DNA from: Eledone cirrhosa
Lineage: Eukaryota
Length of the DNA: 64,000 bases
NCBI GenBank assembly: GCA_964016885.1
Contig: OZ024743.1
Span: 299,150,001 to 299,214,000, forward strand
Reading direction: 5' to 3'
Of this stretch, positions 41,087 to 56,857 are shown in pieces; the first letter of the stretch is position 1, and each line of letters begins with the position of its first letter. The notes under the pieces are model-generated. The model made no database searches, was not told the DNA's origin, and was given only the letters and a program-made list of their open reading frames with translations. Made by a program: the position numbers and the translations under genes.

Positions 41087-41230
41087 AATAAACGAAGCTA
41101 AATTTTAAACATTTGACTTATTTATTTTATTTTATTTTACATTACTCCGGAGTAACCAAACCAACCTGCACACTTCGTCGAATGCTCCAATCTGCATACT
41201 GAGGTGTTGGTATACAACCAACATATACTC

Positions 41231-41293
<63 letters not shown>

Positions 41294-41298
<5 letters not shown>

Positions 41299-41810
41299 AG
41301 TATGCATGTATACGTACATACATATATGTATACAGACGTACAGTAGCATGCACATATATATATATATATATACATATATACATACATATGCATACAGGTA
41401 CACATACATATATGCACGTATCAGTTTAGCGGCGCTAACGTCGCTTTGTTCGTTTGTAAACAAACTGAACAGCCTGAATTTATGCCATACGGTGTTAAGG
41501 CAACCACGTCACCTTTTTGTTCAACACTGACACAGGAACGATGTACTAGTTTCAAGCTTGTTAGCTATCATCAGCACCGTTTACCCATCTGCCAGATAGA
41601 ACAAAGCGACGTTAGCGCCGCTAAACTGATACGTGCATATATGTATGTGTACCTGTATGCATATGTATGTATATATGTATATATATATATATATATGTGC
41701 ATGCTACTGTACGTCTGTATACATATATGTATGTACGTATACATGCATACTTACATTTAAGTAAGTGCCATACTAAGAGTGAGAAATGAAATTTCGTTTT
41801 CATTTTGTTT
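41294..41810. mobile_element. Fold-back insertion of the non-coding HHR family, flanked by (TA)n
   Basis: 41294-41451 is the reverse complement of 41599-41756. The loop carries the HHR. Same family as 15328-15662 and 63717-64000. Confidence 0.9.
41538..41580 (-). ncRNA. Minimal type I hammerhead ribozyme
   Basis: Exact reverse complement of 63789-63831. Confidence 0.85.
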
Positions 41811-41812
41811 CA

Positions 41813-41886
<74 letters not shown>

Positions 41887-41901
41887 TACTACTAATAATA
41901 A

Positions 41902-42016
41902 TAACTGTTTCTACGTTTGGCACAGGGTAGCAATTATCCAGTACATTACTGGTACTTTATTTTATCGACCCCGTAAGGATGAAAGGCAAAGTTAACCTCG
42001 GCGGGATTTGAACTCA
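41902..42016 (-). mobile_element. SINE (Meta-like), 5'-truncated
   Basis: Matches 46013-46130. Confidence 0.8.
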
Positions 42017-42903
42017 ACTAATAATAATAACAATAATAATATATCATTATTATATTTATGTTCATACAAGGAACAAAAGCGGCACCTAACGTTTCAGGGC
42101 TCAATTTTTACCATATCCACAGATTGTAATAGGGATCAAATCAAATATATTTAAGTATGTATGTGTGTATATATATATATGTATATAAGTGTGTATATAT
42201 ATGTGTGTGTGTGTGTATATATGTGTGTGTGTGTGCGTGTGCGCGCGTGTGTGTGTATGTGTGTGCGTGTGTGTATGTTTGTGTGTATGTATGTACGTGT
42301 TTGTGAGTGTATGTCTGTGTGTGTGTTGTGTGCATATGTGTAAGCACGTGAGTGTATATGTGAATAGGGATGTGTGTACAGATGCTTTGAAATATTAATA
42401 CTGGGCATTGGCGTTGATTAAAAATGAACAATTGACCTTTCTGTCAGACGTCTAGCTAAAAAGATCAACGGTGTGTCTAGCTGTACAGCCTTCAGCATTT
42501 CATTAGCCACACTAGCAATTCCTTTCATCTAGTTCTCATATTCAAATTATGTTTACGGTACAGGGTGAAGGAATCGTCAAACAAGCTATTCTAAATTTTC
42601 TACAACTGTCTCCATACTATTTGTTTCTCTTTGTTGTTCCTTTTACTTAACTAGAATTTCTTTCAACACGCTGACTCGTGTATGGGTATGTAATTATAAA
42701 CGAGCAAACACAGACGCACTTACAAAAATACACACTTACAGACATACATTCACACACATACACATACATTCACACAGACACACACATATATTCACATACA
42801 CACATACACATACACTGACACGCAGCGTAGGAAATGGAACGCCAACCACTGTTTCGTTCAAGCTTTTTCACTATTCCCTTCCATTCTTTTAAATACACAC
42901 ATA

Positions 42904-42976
<73 letters not shown>

Positions 42977-43678
42977 GCACACATTGTGTGACTGACGGAA
43001 GCCACTCAAATTATATATATATATATATGATAAAAGGAAAAAATTAAACGAAATTTCATTTCTCATACTTATATATATGATAAAATATTTGATTAAAATT
43101 ATTTCAGCCATGATGAGCTCACATTTTTGTTGATTCAGAATTATATTATCCAAACTGTCATTATTCCTTCAATATGTGATTTGAGTGAAATTCTGCTGCT
43201 ATTTCTTGGAATACAAATGACTGTTACCTAGCAATTCTAGTTTATTACTGTAGTTACAATAACTCTCCCTTATTTATAATCGGCAATTTCTTGAAATTTC
43301 TAAACAGCGTCTCACGCTTTCATTCATTTCTACTGTGTTTCTGTCGGCTAAAATTGTTGCTCTTTCAATTGTATTGATTAAGCTCTATACTGCAAATCAA
43401 GACTATTTTAGTTGTATTGTTCACTTCATGAATAACTTGCATAAATTTCGGTTGCTGTAAGTCAAATGAACTCAAAATATGCAGTCAATACTATCAATCT
43501 TGATAATTATGGTAAAAATCTTGCTGTTGTTCTTATTCCTCGCCATTTCTTAATGAGAGAATTATATCGCCTAAATAGACTTTCGTATGATAAACAAAAA
43601 AAAAATACAAAAGACCCCCCCCCCCACACACACACATTAAAGACTTACTGGTAACAATACTTACTTCACAAATGCTAC

Positions 43679-43709
<31 letters not shown>

Positions 43710-43739
43710 CATACATACATACATATACATGCATAGACA

Positions 43740-44085
43740 TTCCTTAGAAAATATAGGAATACCAAATGGAGAAAATGACTGTAACAACAATCGATGGCTA
43801 TGGATAATAGTTTAGAAAGTCAGCTTAAAAACTCAGAAAAATTGACTTATAGGCTTTACCGAGAATCGAAATCTGTATCTCTTGAATATCGACCGCGAGT
43901 TCAAACCATTAAGCTCAGGCATCTCTGGCCTTAGATTCCCTCAGAATTAGTTAGCTATACCGAACAGGTTGTATGTAAACAGCCTTTTTCTATACAAGCT
44001 ATCGTGCTTCCTTAGAAAATATAGGAACCCCAACGCACAAAATAACTGTAACAACAAATGATTGCTATAAATAATAGTTTTAAAA
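43740..44085. repeat. ~75-bp diverged direct repeats around a degenerate tRNA-like head on the minus strand (43851-43922)
   Basis: ttccttagaaaatataggaa...actgtaacaacaa...ataatagttt occurs twice. Minus strand has agcttaatggt and ttcgattc. Confidence 0.55.
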
Positions 44086-44269
44086 AAACCTGGTAAACAA
44101 AAAAAAACAAAAAAAAACTATGGACGGAATTGGACAAATACGGATTTAAACACCCCATAGCAGTAGTTGGCTCTTTTTCTGTCCATAAATGTATTTTACC
44201 AGATTTTCTAAGCTACTATTTGTAGCCATTAACCGTTGTTACTGTTATTTACTGCGTTTAGGATTCCTA

Positions 44270-44336
<67 letters not shown>

Positions 44337-45130
44337 TTATTCATATATTTATCTTTGCAAATAATACATTTTGCGAGATACCAATTTGAATATAGTTCGA
44401 GTTTGGCACGCAAGTATTTTTAACCCGTAACAAGAACACATCGTGTTCAGAATTGAGACATATATAGTAGTATGTATAATATGTCTAAGTATAATTAATT
44501 ATGTTTCGCTGTGGGTATTTCAGCTGTGATTATATCACAGCTCTCTCAGTGACACCGTGCGAATACCAGCTACTAATGTTTCAGGATCCTTATACAGCAT
44601 CAACGAAGGTTTAGTATTATTAATCCGTCATCTGAATTAACATTGGGTTAATGCTAGAGCTAATTAAATATTAGGCCGGCAGTCTCACATTATATACAAA
44701 TTTATCTCCAGTATGTATAAACTGTTAGCTAACCTGACCAGTACTGAGTGTGTCATCGTCGCTAATGATTCTGAAATACTAGTATATGGTGACTAAGATA
44801 CGTAAAAAAAGCACCATTTGTAAAACCACATCTGTGTAAACATGAAATCAGAAATGATTTCCACCACAAGACACACAAAGGTACAGAGACATATGTTACG
44901 TTAAATTTCAGGAATATTCTGACAACAATAAAACTGACAACTACGTTAATTCAAGCGAACTTGATTTTGCAATTGTCTGAATTATCGCGAAATTTGGAGT
45001 AACAGCAAAACGCATCAGTTGACTATATATAAATATATACATGCTGTATAGCGTACGGTTTCACTTGTAAATTGTACGTATACACACATCTCTCTCTCCC
45101 TCTTATTCTCTCTCTCTCTTTATATATATG

Positions 45131-45204
<74 letters not shown>

Positions 45205-45479
45205 TATGTATATACGTATATATATATATAGAGAGAGTTTAGTAGAAAAACAAGGTACCTAATATAATATTCAATGAATATCAACCTTAAATCCCCAAGA
45301 GGGCTTTACCCGATTTTTATAAGCTACTAGACGACCCGTGGGTCACGTTCACTTCAAAATAATTTTTAAATAATTAAAATATACACAGACATGTATATAA
45401 TGTGAAATGAAATTGGAAGACCCATATATATACGTGTGTGTATGTATATATATATATAAATGTGTGTGTCTATACACAC

Positions 45480-45513
<34 letters not shown>

Positions 45514-45561
45514 ATATATATGTGGGTGTCTGTAATTTATAGACACACACACACACACACA

Positions 45562-45616
<55 letters not shown>

Positions 45617-45626
45617 ATATATAAAG

Positions 45627-45808
45627 AGAAGCACTTTAAGCGCGTAAGTAAGAGTATTATGGAGGTTGTAGTGGTAAGGTATTTTTTGAATATTTTTATA
45701 TATTTTTTGTATATTTTTTATATATTTTTTTGTATATTTTTATATACAAAAAATACCTTACCACTACAACCTCCATAGTACTCTTACTTACCCGCTTAAA
45801 GTGCTTCT
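45627..45808. repeat. Palindrome with ~62-bp arms next to (TA)n
   Basis: agaagcactttaagcg...gtaaggtattttttg / caaaaaataccttac...cgcttaaagtgcttct. Confidence 0.92.
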
Positions 45809-46012
45809 ATTACACGTAACACCCTGCCACACAATAATCATATATAAATGAGACACAAGTGCATGCCCCACGTGTAACTAACGCATACAATAACTACTAC
45901 ATCTGACTAACAAACTACTCTCTTGCATTATCTATGTTTACTGCCGAATGTATTTTAATTTTGTTTTAATTTTGTTTTAATTTTGATTTTGAATTTGAAT
46001 TGCTATACAGAA

Positions 46013-46204
46013 ATAATCGTTTCTACTTTAGGCACAAGGCCAGCAATTACCCAGTGCATTACTGGTACTTTATTTTATCGACCCCGTAAGGATGAAAGGC
46101 AAAGTCAACCTCGGCGGGATGTGAACTCAGATCGTAAAGGGACGTAACTATGCTGGAAAGCATGGCGTCCGACCCTCTACCGATACTGCCAATCTACCGC
46201 CCTC
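46013..46204 (-). mobile_element. Full-length tRNA-derived SINE (Meta-like core)
   Basis: A box tggcagtatcggt, B box gagttcacatcc, core and tail as in the other copies. Confidence 0.88.
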
Positions 46205-46389
46205 ATATAATATAATATAATATAATATAATATAATATAATATAATATAATATAATATAATATAATATAATATAATATAATATAATATAATATAATATAA
46301 TATAATATAATATAATATAATATAATATAATATAATATAATATAATATAATATAATATAATATAATATAATATAATATAATATAATATA
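46205..46389. repeat. (ATAAT)n pentanucleotide microsatellite
   Basis: Pure tract. Confidence 0.97.
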
Positions 46390-46712
46390 TGTCACTCCAC
46401 TGTACATCAATATATACATATGTATCTGTATGTCTCTTGCGTTGGAAAGGAGGTCAATTATGTGTACAAACATTGAAAAATGCTCCGAACAGCCAAGCCT
46501 AGGTCTGGATGAAACAATTGTAAGTGAATAAATGCTTTGAACATAGCTTTGATTCTTGTGAATTCTATATAACTGCTCTGTAGAACAACTGATGTTATTA
46601 CATTGAGCTATTTATCTTACTGGTAATAAAGTAGTAATAAATTACTGACCTTCATTGTTTAGGGTTTAAAATATAAATAGTTTTAGTATATACATAACCA
46701 TAAATAGTATCC

Positions 46713-46794
<82 letters not shown>

Positions 46795-46912
46795 GTGTGT
46801 GTGTGTATGTGTGTATATGTGAGTATATGTGTATGAGTGTTTATATGTGTGTGTGTACATATATATATGTATGTGTACATGCATATATATATGTATGTAT
46901 AGGTGTGCATAT

Positions 46913-46943
<31 letters not shown>

Positions 46944-47072
46944 CAAAGGTTTTATTTAAAATTGTTGGGTTACAACAAGTAAATATTTTATAACTGATAT
47001 AAAGCACTCGACAAGTTTTGGAGTAGATATACGATATTAAACAAATGGAAACTATATTTATAAAACCATATT

Positions 47073-47138
47073 TATTTCATTATACATATTTCGGGGATAC
47101 CATATTAAAAATATGGCATGCCTTCTTTAGATAAAATA
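47073..47138 (-). ncRNA. Hammerhead motif with G5A core change (left arm)
   Basis: Reverse complement of 52479-52544, but the core reads CTAAAGA. Confidence 0.65.
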
Positions 47139-48783
47139 CAATATATAAACAGTTTTATAAATAATTTTGACGTACCATAAATATTGAGCAACCGTTATGT
47201 AGGAAGCCGGTTTGGTAGTGAGATGTTTATAAATATTTATTGTTAAGCACAGTTAAAAAGAAAGACGGAGAAAAAGAAGAAATGTATGTAAAGAAAAAAC
47301 AGAGAGAAATAGAGAGAGATAGGGGAGAGAGAAATATTGAGGAGGTGAGAAAAGAGATGCAGCTGAAGGCAACAGATGAATAATAATAATTCATCATACA
47401 AATTGAGAGATTTAGGAGGGAGGGAGTACTGTAATTATTTAGTTATAGTGTTAAGGACAGTTAGGGAGGAGACGGAGAGAAATAAAAAATGAAGAGAAAA
47501 CAGAGAGAGAGAAAGATAGAGGTGGGGGGGAAAAAGAAAGAGGTAGACCAAATAATAATAATTATATAGGGGGCGGTGAAAATCAAGAGAGGAATAGGAA
47601 AGAAATAAGAGAGAAACTTGAGAGGCAAAGTCAGAACAAGAGATACATAGACTTCATCATATATAAAGAGGGAGGAGAAGAAAGAGCTATATCTAGAGAG
47701 AGGGATGATAGATTTACATCTTTACGTTATGTCCTATCAATTTGAATTATCAATTCATATGAACTGGGTAATATAATGTAAATATCAATATTCATGAATG
47801 AGACATAGATGTATAATGTGTGAAAATAATTTTGCTCTATAATGACCATATTTTTAGTTTAAAATTCTGAGGTCGATGTACCAAAAACTGAGATAAAACT
47901 TCAAAATAAAATAAATACGGAAATATATAAGTATATACATACCCATGCATATGCACTTTCCGGAAAAGGAAAGAAAGAGAGAAAGAGAAGGTCATCTCAA
48001 GTTCTAGTTGATATTATAGACATACCCATGATTTTACGTGATCAACTCTGTAATTTCTTGTTTCACAAAAAAAATGTTTTTCCTTGTGTTATAAAAGGTT
48101 TCACTATATATATATACATAAAAAATAAACGATTAATATTCTTGCCCTCACATACATGATTATCGTTCATGTATAGAATATTATGCATATCTGTAACATA
48201 TCCAGAACTATAACCACACATACATATAGATATATATGTATGCACACATACAGGTACATAGACAGATAAAATATACTCTGTAATCATTCCATATGCATAT
48301 TAATACATATGGCCTTTGTACAGAGACAACCAGATATCAATATATCGGCACAGAAATATCAAAACGTTAAAATATTTTCATCACTCCCTAGAGTATCTTG
48401 GGCCACAAAAACACAGTATGCTTCTCATATCAACCACAGAAATCTACCCTTCCAATTTATCTGACAATATATTGCCAAGTTCATTAGAAGCAATCAGAAT
48501 AAAAAAGCAAACAAAAAACCAAAAATTATTCAACAAAACTTATTTAGCAGAAATCATTTAAAGGATTTAGGAGACCCTGTTGTTCTACGGATGTTCTTAT
48601 ATTTAGTATAGAAGTTTATCTTCCGTAAAATTTATTCAATAGGTTGGGAGCATCTACATTTTAGAGTAGTTTAATTACACCATTAGTTTATATTTATGAA
48701 GAAGGTTTAAAAGAAAAAGTTGAAGGAATCGAAAGATTTATCGTCAGGTTTCATACATTAATTAAATATCTTAATTAATTATA

Positions 48784-50980
48784 CTACATTTTAAATTTAT
48801 ATTTATATTTAAACGTTGAGTTTAATCTATGTCTGCAGCAACTGAATAAATTGCTCCTTAAATTAAGGGAATTTTTGGATTTTAATATAAAGAATATCTC
48901 CTCCACACAGAGGTCACATGTCTCAGATGAGGAATTAAAAGGAATCCCTCTTGAGACAATATTCCAAAACATCGAATACCCAACGTTATCATGTTTAAGT
49001 TGCCAGAGTAAGCCTGATAGTGAGGTTGAAGATTGTTTGGATCTGTGAAAGAATTCTTATGATTATTGTAGCGAAGTTTAAATTCTGTCGAGGTGGAACC
49101 AACATAGTTAAAAGAATTTAAGTTAGTTTTAACATTACAATTGTATATTATATTTTTAACTAAGCAATTGTTATTTAACGGACATTTAGATTTATTTCTA
49201 CAGTTACAGTTGTTTAACTGGATATTGTTTTGGTTATTATCGGTATTTTGGTTAGGTTTTAGATTCCTATTATTTATTCTGTTAATATTTTGTGCTAAAT
49301 TTTTGGTGGACGAGTAAGTTAATTTTATAGTATGTCTATTAAAAATTGAGTGATATTTATGTGTTCTAGGGAAGCGTTTGTCAAGAGCATTAAAAAATAG
49401 TTTAGCAATGTGGGTTTTAATATTTAGTGAGAAAGGCGGGGGGGGGGGGGACCATATTATATTTCTAGTTCTAATTCTTTTCCGGCTTTTGGAATTATTG
49501 TAATGTTTTCTATTATAGTTGTTAAAGTTGTTACCGTAATTAAAATTGTTATTATTTTGGTTAGTTTGCCTATTATTATCGATGTACTTAATTTTATCAC
49601 TATATCCTGCTCTAGCTAACGCTTCATTGTAATACTGCGCTTTTTCGTCGAAAATATTTTTATTAGATGAAATTCTTGTGATACGTTCTTGAACAGAGTT
49701 CACTATAGTATTTTTAACAGATCTGGGGTGATTAGAGTTAAAATTGACATAATTCAAGTTTTCATTTAGTTTGTGAAATGGATAGTGAAGACATGTGTTG
49801 AGATTTAGTGTTACATCTAGGAAATTGACTATTCTATGGTTATTCTCTATTTCAATTTTTAGATTAAGGTAATTAAAAAATTGTATAATTTGTTTTCTTT
49901 TTCTATTTAGTTCAGAGTTATTATTTTCAATAAGTAAAAGCATGTCATCACGATATAATCCTCCGGTTACACCAGGTATTTTTCTATGCAGCGAATTAAT
50001 TATAAATAGGCCCACAAGGTCCGTTACCTGAGCTGAGTCAGATGATCCCATAGTAATGTCGAAATTATTATCTCTATCTGCCCTAGTCCATAGTTGGTTA
50101 TTAAATTCTATCAATGTTTTCCTTGCCGATAATATATTGTGCATTTCATTGCTAGTTAGGTCTGTATGTTTGAATGCGTAATTTAGTGCCTTATTCAGTA
50201 GATTAGGGGTAATAGATGAATAGTAGTTAGCAATATCTAGTTGAATAAATTTATTATTATTGTTATATTTAATTTCTTTAAACCACTCAATAACATCACC
50301 AGTCCCCTTCCATAAGTTTAAGTTATGTAAATTATGTAAGTTTTTAATTTGCTGTATCACCCTGTCTAGAATGTTTTTGCTAAGTTTACCCAGGTCAGAT
50401 TTTGATGGTGCAATCAATCTGACTGGCAAATCATTTTCAAAATTTCTTTTGTGATCTTTCATATTGATCTTGGGTTTCCTAGGCAAGAAGGGTTGTGTTT
50501 TGTTCTCAATGTCTAACTCATGCATTATACAAGATGCCTCAACATTCATTTTTTCCAGTTCGTCCTTATTTGCTACCTTGTACTTTTTCCTTAGTTCTTT
50601 CAATATAAGGCCATTATACATGTCTTTTTGCACTCCATAAATGTTGTTGGTTTTGTCCGATTTCACCAAGATCTTCTCTGTTCTCTCCAAGCCTTCAATA
50701 TTATCCTTAATGCTTCTTAGATAGTCCTGGCCTTTGAAGTTTCTCTTGAATTTGATTCCTTGGATGATAGAAATGATATCGTTTTCAAAATCCATTAATA
50801 GTTTGTTGGGGGGTGGATTTTTTTTAGATTTGAAAACTTTATCTAAGTCTGAAACATTTTCATTTAGATTAGATTTATCAAAGTGGAAGGCACGCCACCT
50901 GATTCTTCTTATAAAAGAGTCTGATTTTTCTATTAATTGTTTAATAAAGTCATTGTTCTTAATAAATTTTAATAAATCTT
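48784..50980 (-). pseudogene. PLE reverse transcriptase plus C-terminal GIY-YIG endonuclease; one frameshift, 5' end clipped
   Basis: RRIRWRAFHF upstream of the annotated Met, VRLIAPSKS, QLDIANYYSSI, FDITMGS, GLYRDD, NFLDVTL, CNCx5Cx5C linker, IIY..YVGST..FKLRYNNH. After a shift at ~49040: CDLCVEE...LNLRS...CRH. Confidence 0.92.
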
Positions 50981-52478
50981 AATAAATTTTACGCAAGATA
51001 AACTTCTATACTAAATATAAGAGCATCCGTAGAACAACAGGGTCTCCTAAATCCTTTAAATGATTTCTGCTAAATAAGTTTTGTTGAATAATTTTTGATT
51101 TTTTGTTTGCTTTTTTATTCTGATTGCTTCTAATGAACTTGGCAATATATTGTCAGATAAATTGGAAGGGTAGATTTCTGTGGTTGATATGAGAAGCATA
51201 CTGTGTTTTTGTGGCCCGAGATACTCTAGGGAGTGATGAAAATATTTTAACGTTTTGATATTTCTGTGCCGATATATTGATATCTGGTTGTCTCTGTACA
51301 AAGGCCATATGTATTAATATGCATATGGAATGATTACAGAGTATATTTTATCTGTCTATGTACCTGTATGTGTGCATACATATATATCTATATGTATGTG
51401 TGGTTATAGTTCTGGATATGTTACAGATATGCATAATATTCTATACATGAACGATAATCATGTATGTGAGGGCAAGAATATTAATCGTTTATTTTTTATG
51501 TATATATATATAGTGAAACCTTTTATAACACAAGGAAAAACATTTTTTTTGTGAAACAAGAAATTACAGAGTTGATCACGTAAAATCATGAGTATGTCTA
51601 TAATATCAACTAGAACTTGAGATGACCTTCTCTTTCTCTCTTTCTTTCCTTTTCCGGAAAGTGCATATGCATGTGTATGTATATACTTATATATTACCGT
51701 ATTTTTTTTATTTTGAAGTTTTATCTCAGTTTTTGGTACATCGACCTCAGAATTTTAAACTAAACATATGGTCATTATTGAGCAAAATTATTTTCACACA
51801 TTATATATCTATGTCTCATTCATGCATATTGATATTTACATTATATTACCCAGTTCATATGAATTGATAATTCAAATTGATAGGACATAACGTAAAGATG
51901 TAAATCTATCATCCCTCTCTCTAGATATAGCTCTTTCTTCTCCTCCCTCTTTATATATGATGAAGTCTATGTATCTCTTGTTCTGACTTTGCCTCTCAAG
52001 TTTCTCTCTTATTTCTCTCCTATTTCTCTCTTGATTTTCACCTCCCCCTATCTAATTATTATTATTTGGTCTACCTCTTTCTTTTTACCCCCACCTCTAT
52101 CTTTCTCTCTCTCTCTGTTTTCTCTTCATTTTTTATTTCTCTCCGTCTCCTCCCTAACTGTCCTTAACACTATAACTAAATAATTACAGTACTCCCTCCC
52201 TCCTAAATCTCTCAATTTGTATGATGAATTATTATTATTCATCTGTTGCCTTCAGCTGCCTCTCTTTTTTCACCTCCTCACTATTTCTCTCTCCCCTATC
52301 TCTCTCTATTTCTCTCTGTTTTTTTTTACATACATTTCTTCTTTTTCTCCGTCTTTCTTTTTAACTGTGCTTAACAATAAATATTTATAAACATCTCACT
52401 ACCAAACCGGCTTCCTACATAACGGTTGCTCAATATTTATGGTACGTCAAAATTATTTATAAAACTGTTTATATATTG

Positions 52479-52544
52479 TATTTTATCTGAAGAAGGCATG
52501 CCATATTTTTAATATGGTATCCCCGAAATATGTATAATGAAATA
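52479..52544 (+). ncRNA. Type I hammerhead ribozyme (right arm)
   Basis: tattttat-CTGAAGA-[aggcatgccatatt/aatatggtatcccc]-GAAA-tatgta-TA-atgaaata, with an 8-bp stem I. Confidence 0.8.
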
Positions 52545-53570
52545 AATATGGTTTTATAAATATAGTTTCCATTTGTTTAATATCGTATATATATATATAT
52601 AAATATGTATGTATATGATTGTGTGCACATGTGTAGATGTATGTATAAGTTTGCATCTACTTATGTGTATGTATATTTTTAGTTGAGTATCAATATAACT
52701 ATACCTCTATCTTAATGTGGGTATATGAACTTTGTGATCTATGAAATTTATACGTTTTGACTATGTCAACATGTATTTATCTGAGTTTGATTATTTATAC
52801 ATAGACATACTTGAAAGTATTTTAAGGTGTATCATACGCTGTATTATACTAAATGCAATTTACCACACCGTACTATATTGTGTTACATTATATTATATTA
52901 TTATATTATTGTATTGTAAAATAAAGTACCAGTAATGCGCTGAGTTATTGCTGGCCTTGGGCTAGAAGTAGAAACAATTATATTATATTATTGTATTACT
53001 ATATTTCATTTTCTTATTATAATTTTCATCTTTTAATATACTATCTTTCCTAGACATGTCCTTAATTTATATTTACCTAACATCTCCATACAACACAACT
53101 CACATTTAATTTTTACATTCCTTTTAAACTTCACTATCCCATATACATCCAACTATCAATTTGACAATCCCTTTCTTCCTAATAGATTGTTTATGGCAAT
53201 TCTATTATTAACACCATTCAACTAATCCTTTCAAAGGGTCATGACCTCAACTAAAGTTCATTATTTTTCATCTTAACATCATATGAAAAAAAACCTTCTG
53301 ATTGGTTAGTTCTTCAACTACCTCCAAAGAATGTCATAGAACTTTAACATAATACTAATTTACTACTAATTTTGAATACAATTATTATTGCTTTTGACAA
53401 CAGCTGGTGATATGCATGCAAGTAAATATTCTCTTTATCTGATATTTTGTAACTAACCTTACATAGATCGATATCAAAGTATAGTTACGATATATTATCA
53501 TCACCTAGAAACGATCGTAAAGCAGTGAAGTAAATTTCTAATGACTTCATTTTTTATTTCATTGTTTTAA

Positions 53571-55182
<1,612 letters not shown>

Positions 55183-55201
55183 GGAGAGACATGTAGCGAA
55201 A

Positions 55202-55331
<130 letters not shown>

Positions 55332-55462
55332 AGTAAGTATGACCCCGACGGCAGAGCTCAAGCCGTTTTGGCAGCTAGTCCAGAAATAGCCGTCGAAACA
55401 CATATACATCATACATATATATATATATACACACGTATACATATATATATATATCTATATAC

Positions 55463-55577
<115 letters not shown>

Positions 55578-56021
55578 TAAGTATGTTTTGAAACAGTGAG
55601 CGAGTTTGAAATTAGAAAATATATAGCTTTCACCGTATTTTTAACTAAAGGAATTTTAGCTTGATAACGGGGTTTAGAACCCTCAGATAAATGGAAAAAG
55701 ATGAGTATTGACGTACATATATATATATATATATCATGTATATACATATATATATATATATATAGGTATTAAGGTGCAAATTAATTGCGTTGGCAGGCGG
55801 TATGCCGATTGAGTACTCGATGCTTTGGGGAGCATAGTATCAATAATATTAATATATAAGGGAACAAAAAATCACTGTTATATCATATACATATTTAATT
55901 ACATGTTACTTATGTTTCCCTCTCGATCACCTCGAGATTTGATCAAACAGGGAAATATGTTATATGTAATGAAATATATATATGATGCAACAGTTATTCT
56001 TTGTTCCCTTATATATTAATA

Positions 56022-56138
<117 letters not shown>

Positions 56139-56139
56139 C

Positions 56140-56185
<46 letters not shown>

Positions 56186-56296
56186 GATTATCTGAGCACT
56201 TTTAGTCATTGAGTAAAACGTTTTAAGGTGAACACCACACGCACACATACACCTGTGAATATATGAATATGTGTGTATATTTCATTATTATAAATC

Positions 56297-56390
56297 CTGC
56301 CGGGGTTAACTTTGCCTTCCATCCTTACGGTGCCGATAAAATTGGGATAATTGCTGGCCTTGTGTCAAATGTAGAAACAATTATTATATT
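56297..56390 (+). mobile_element. SINE fragment (Meta-like)
   Basis: gttaactttgccttccatccttacggtgccgataaa...gctggccttgtgtcaaatgtagaaac. Another tail fragment lies at 52918-52982. Confidence 0.7.
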
Positions 56391-56772
56391 ATCCCAAACT
56401 CTCCTTTGGTCGAGTTAACCCAGGTGCGTACCAACTTCTTTTTGTAGCAAACACTTTATTCGCTCACTGTCCACTGTCCACCTTACTACCCCTGTACTTA
56501 ATACCACTGTATCACGTCTTAATTCCTCCCTCCGCCTCTAGGGATTTTCTCACTTGCTACGAAAGTGTCAAGAAACAGACCTATTTCCTGAGGGGTCTCT
56601 TCATAAACGGTATCAACATCACAGTGATGATGCATTTTTATAGAGCAGATACACTTCACATGGATCGGCGAAATTGCAGTTGGTACTTTGACGAAAAAAT
56701 AGGTATATTTTTGTCTATTATTTCCTTACAATTTTATTTTTATATATATAAATATATAGTTTTAATATAGAT

Positions 56773-56825
56773 GAGATTCTACAGGACTAGAACTGTTTCA
56801 TTCTTTAGAAATCATCAGGAATCTC
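56773..56825 (-). ncRNA. Canonical type I hammerhead ribozyme
   Basis: Minus strand gagattc-CTGATGA-t-ttct(aa)agaa-t-GAA-ACAG(ttctagtc)CTGT-A-gaatctc. 7-bp stem I, 4-bp stem III, GUA site. Confidence 0.88.
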
Positions 56826-56857
56826 GCTTTCCAAGATAAATGTTGTGGTATTTATAT

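Larger units (their letters stand above)
46940..52590 (-). mobile_element. Hydra-type Penelope-like retroelement with 1.6-kb inverted pseudo-LTR
   Basis: 47027-48636 is a near-identical reverse complement of 50981-52590. RT plus GIY-YIG ORF between the arms. HHR near each outer end. (TA)n flanks. Confidence 0.92.

Noticed and set aside
48063-51554. Identical small ORF pairs (74 aa and 81 aa) on opposite strands, like duplicated accessory genes
   Set aside because: They arise from the 1.6-kb inverted UTR duplication. The sister subfamily at 58.4-58.7 kb does not keep the same ORF boundaries.
46940-52590. Long-TIR DNA transposon (Maverick/MuDR-like) interpretation
   Set aside because: It encodes RT plus GIY-YIG, not a transposase. 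The arms are unequal at the outer end and the right arm cuts into the ORF, as expected for a PLE inverted pseudo-LTR.
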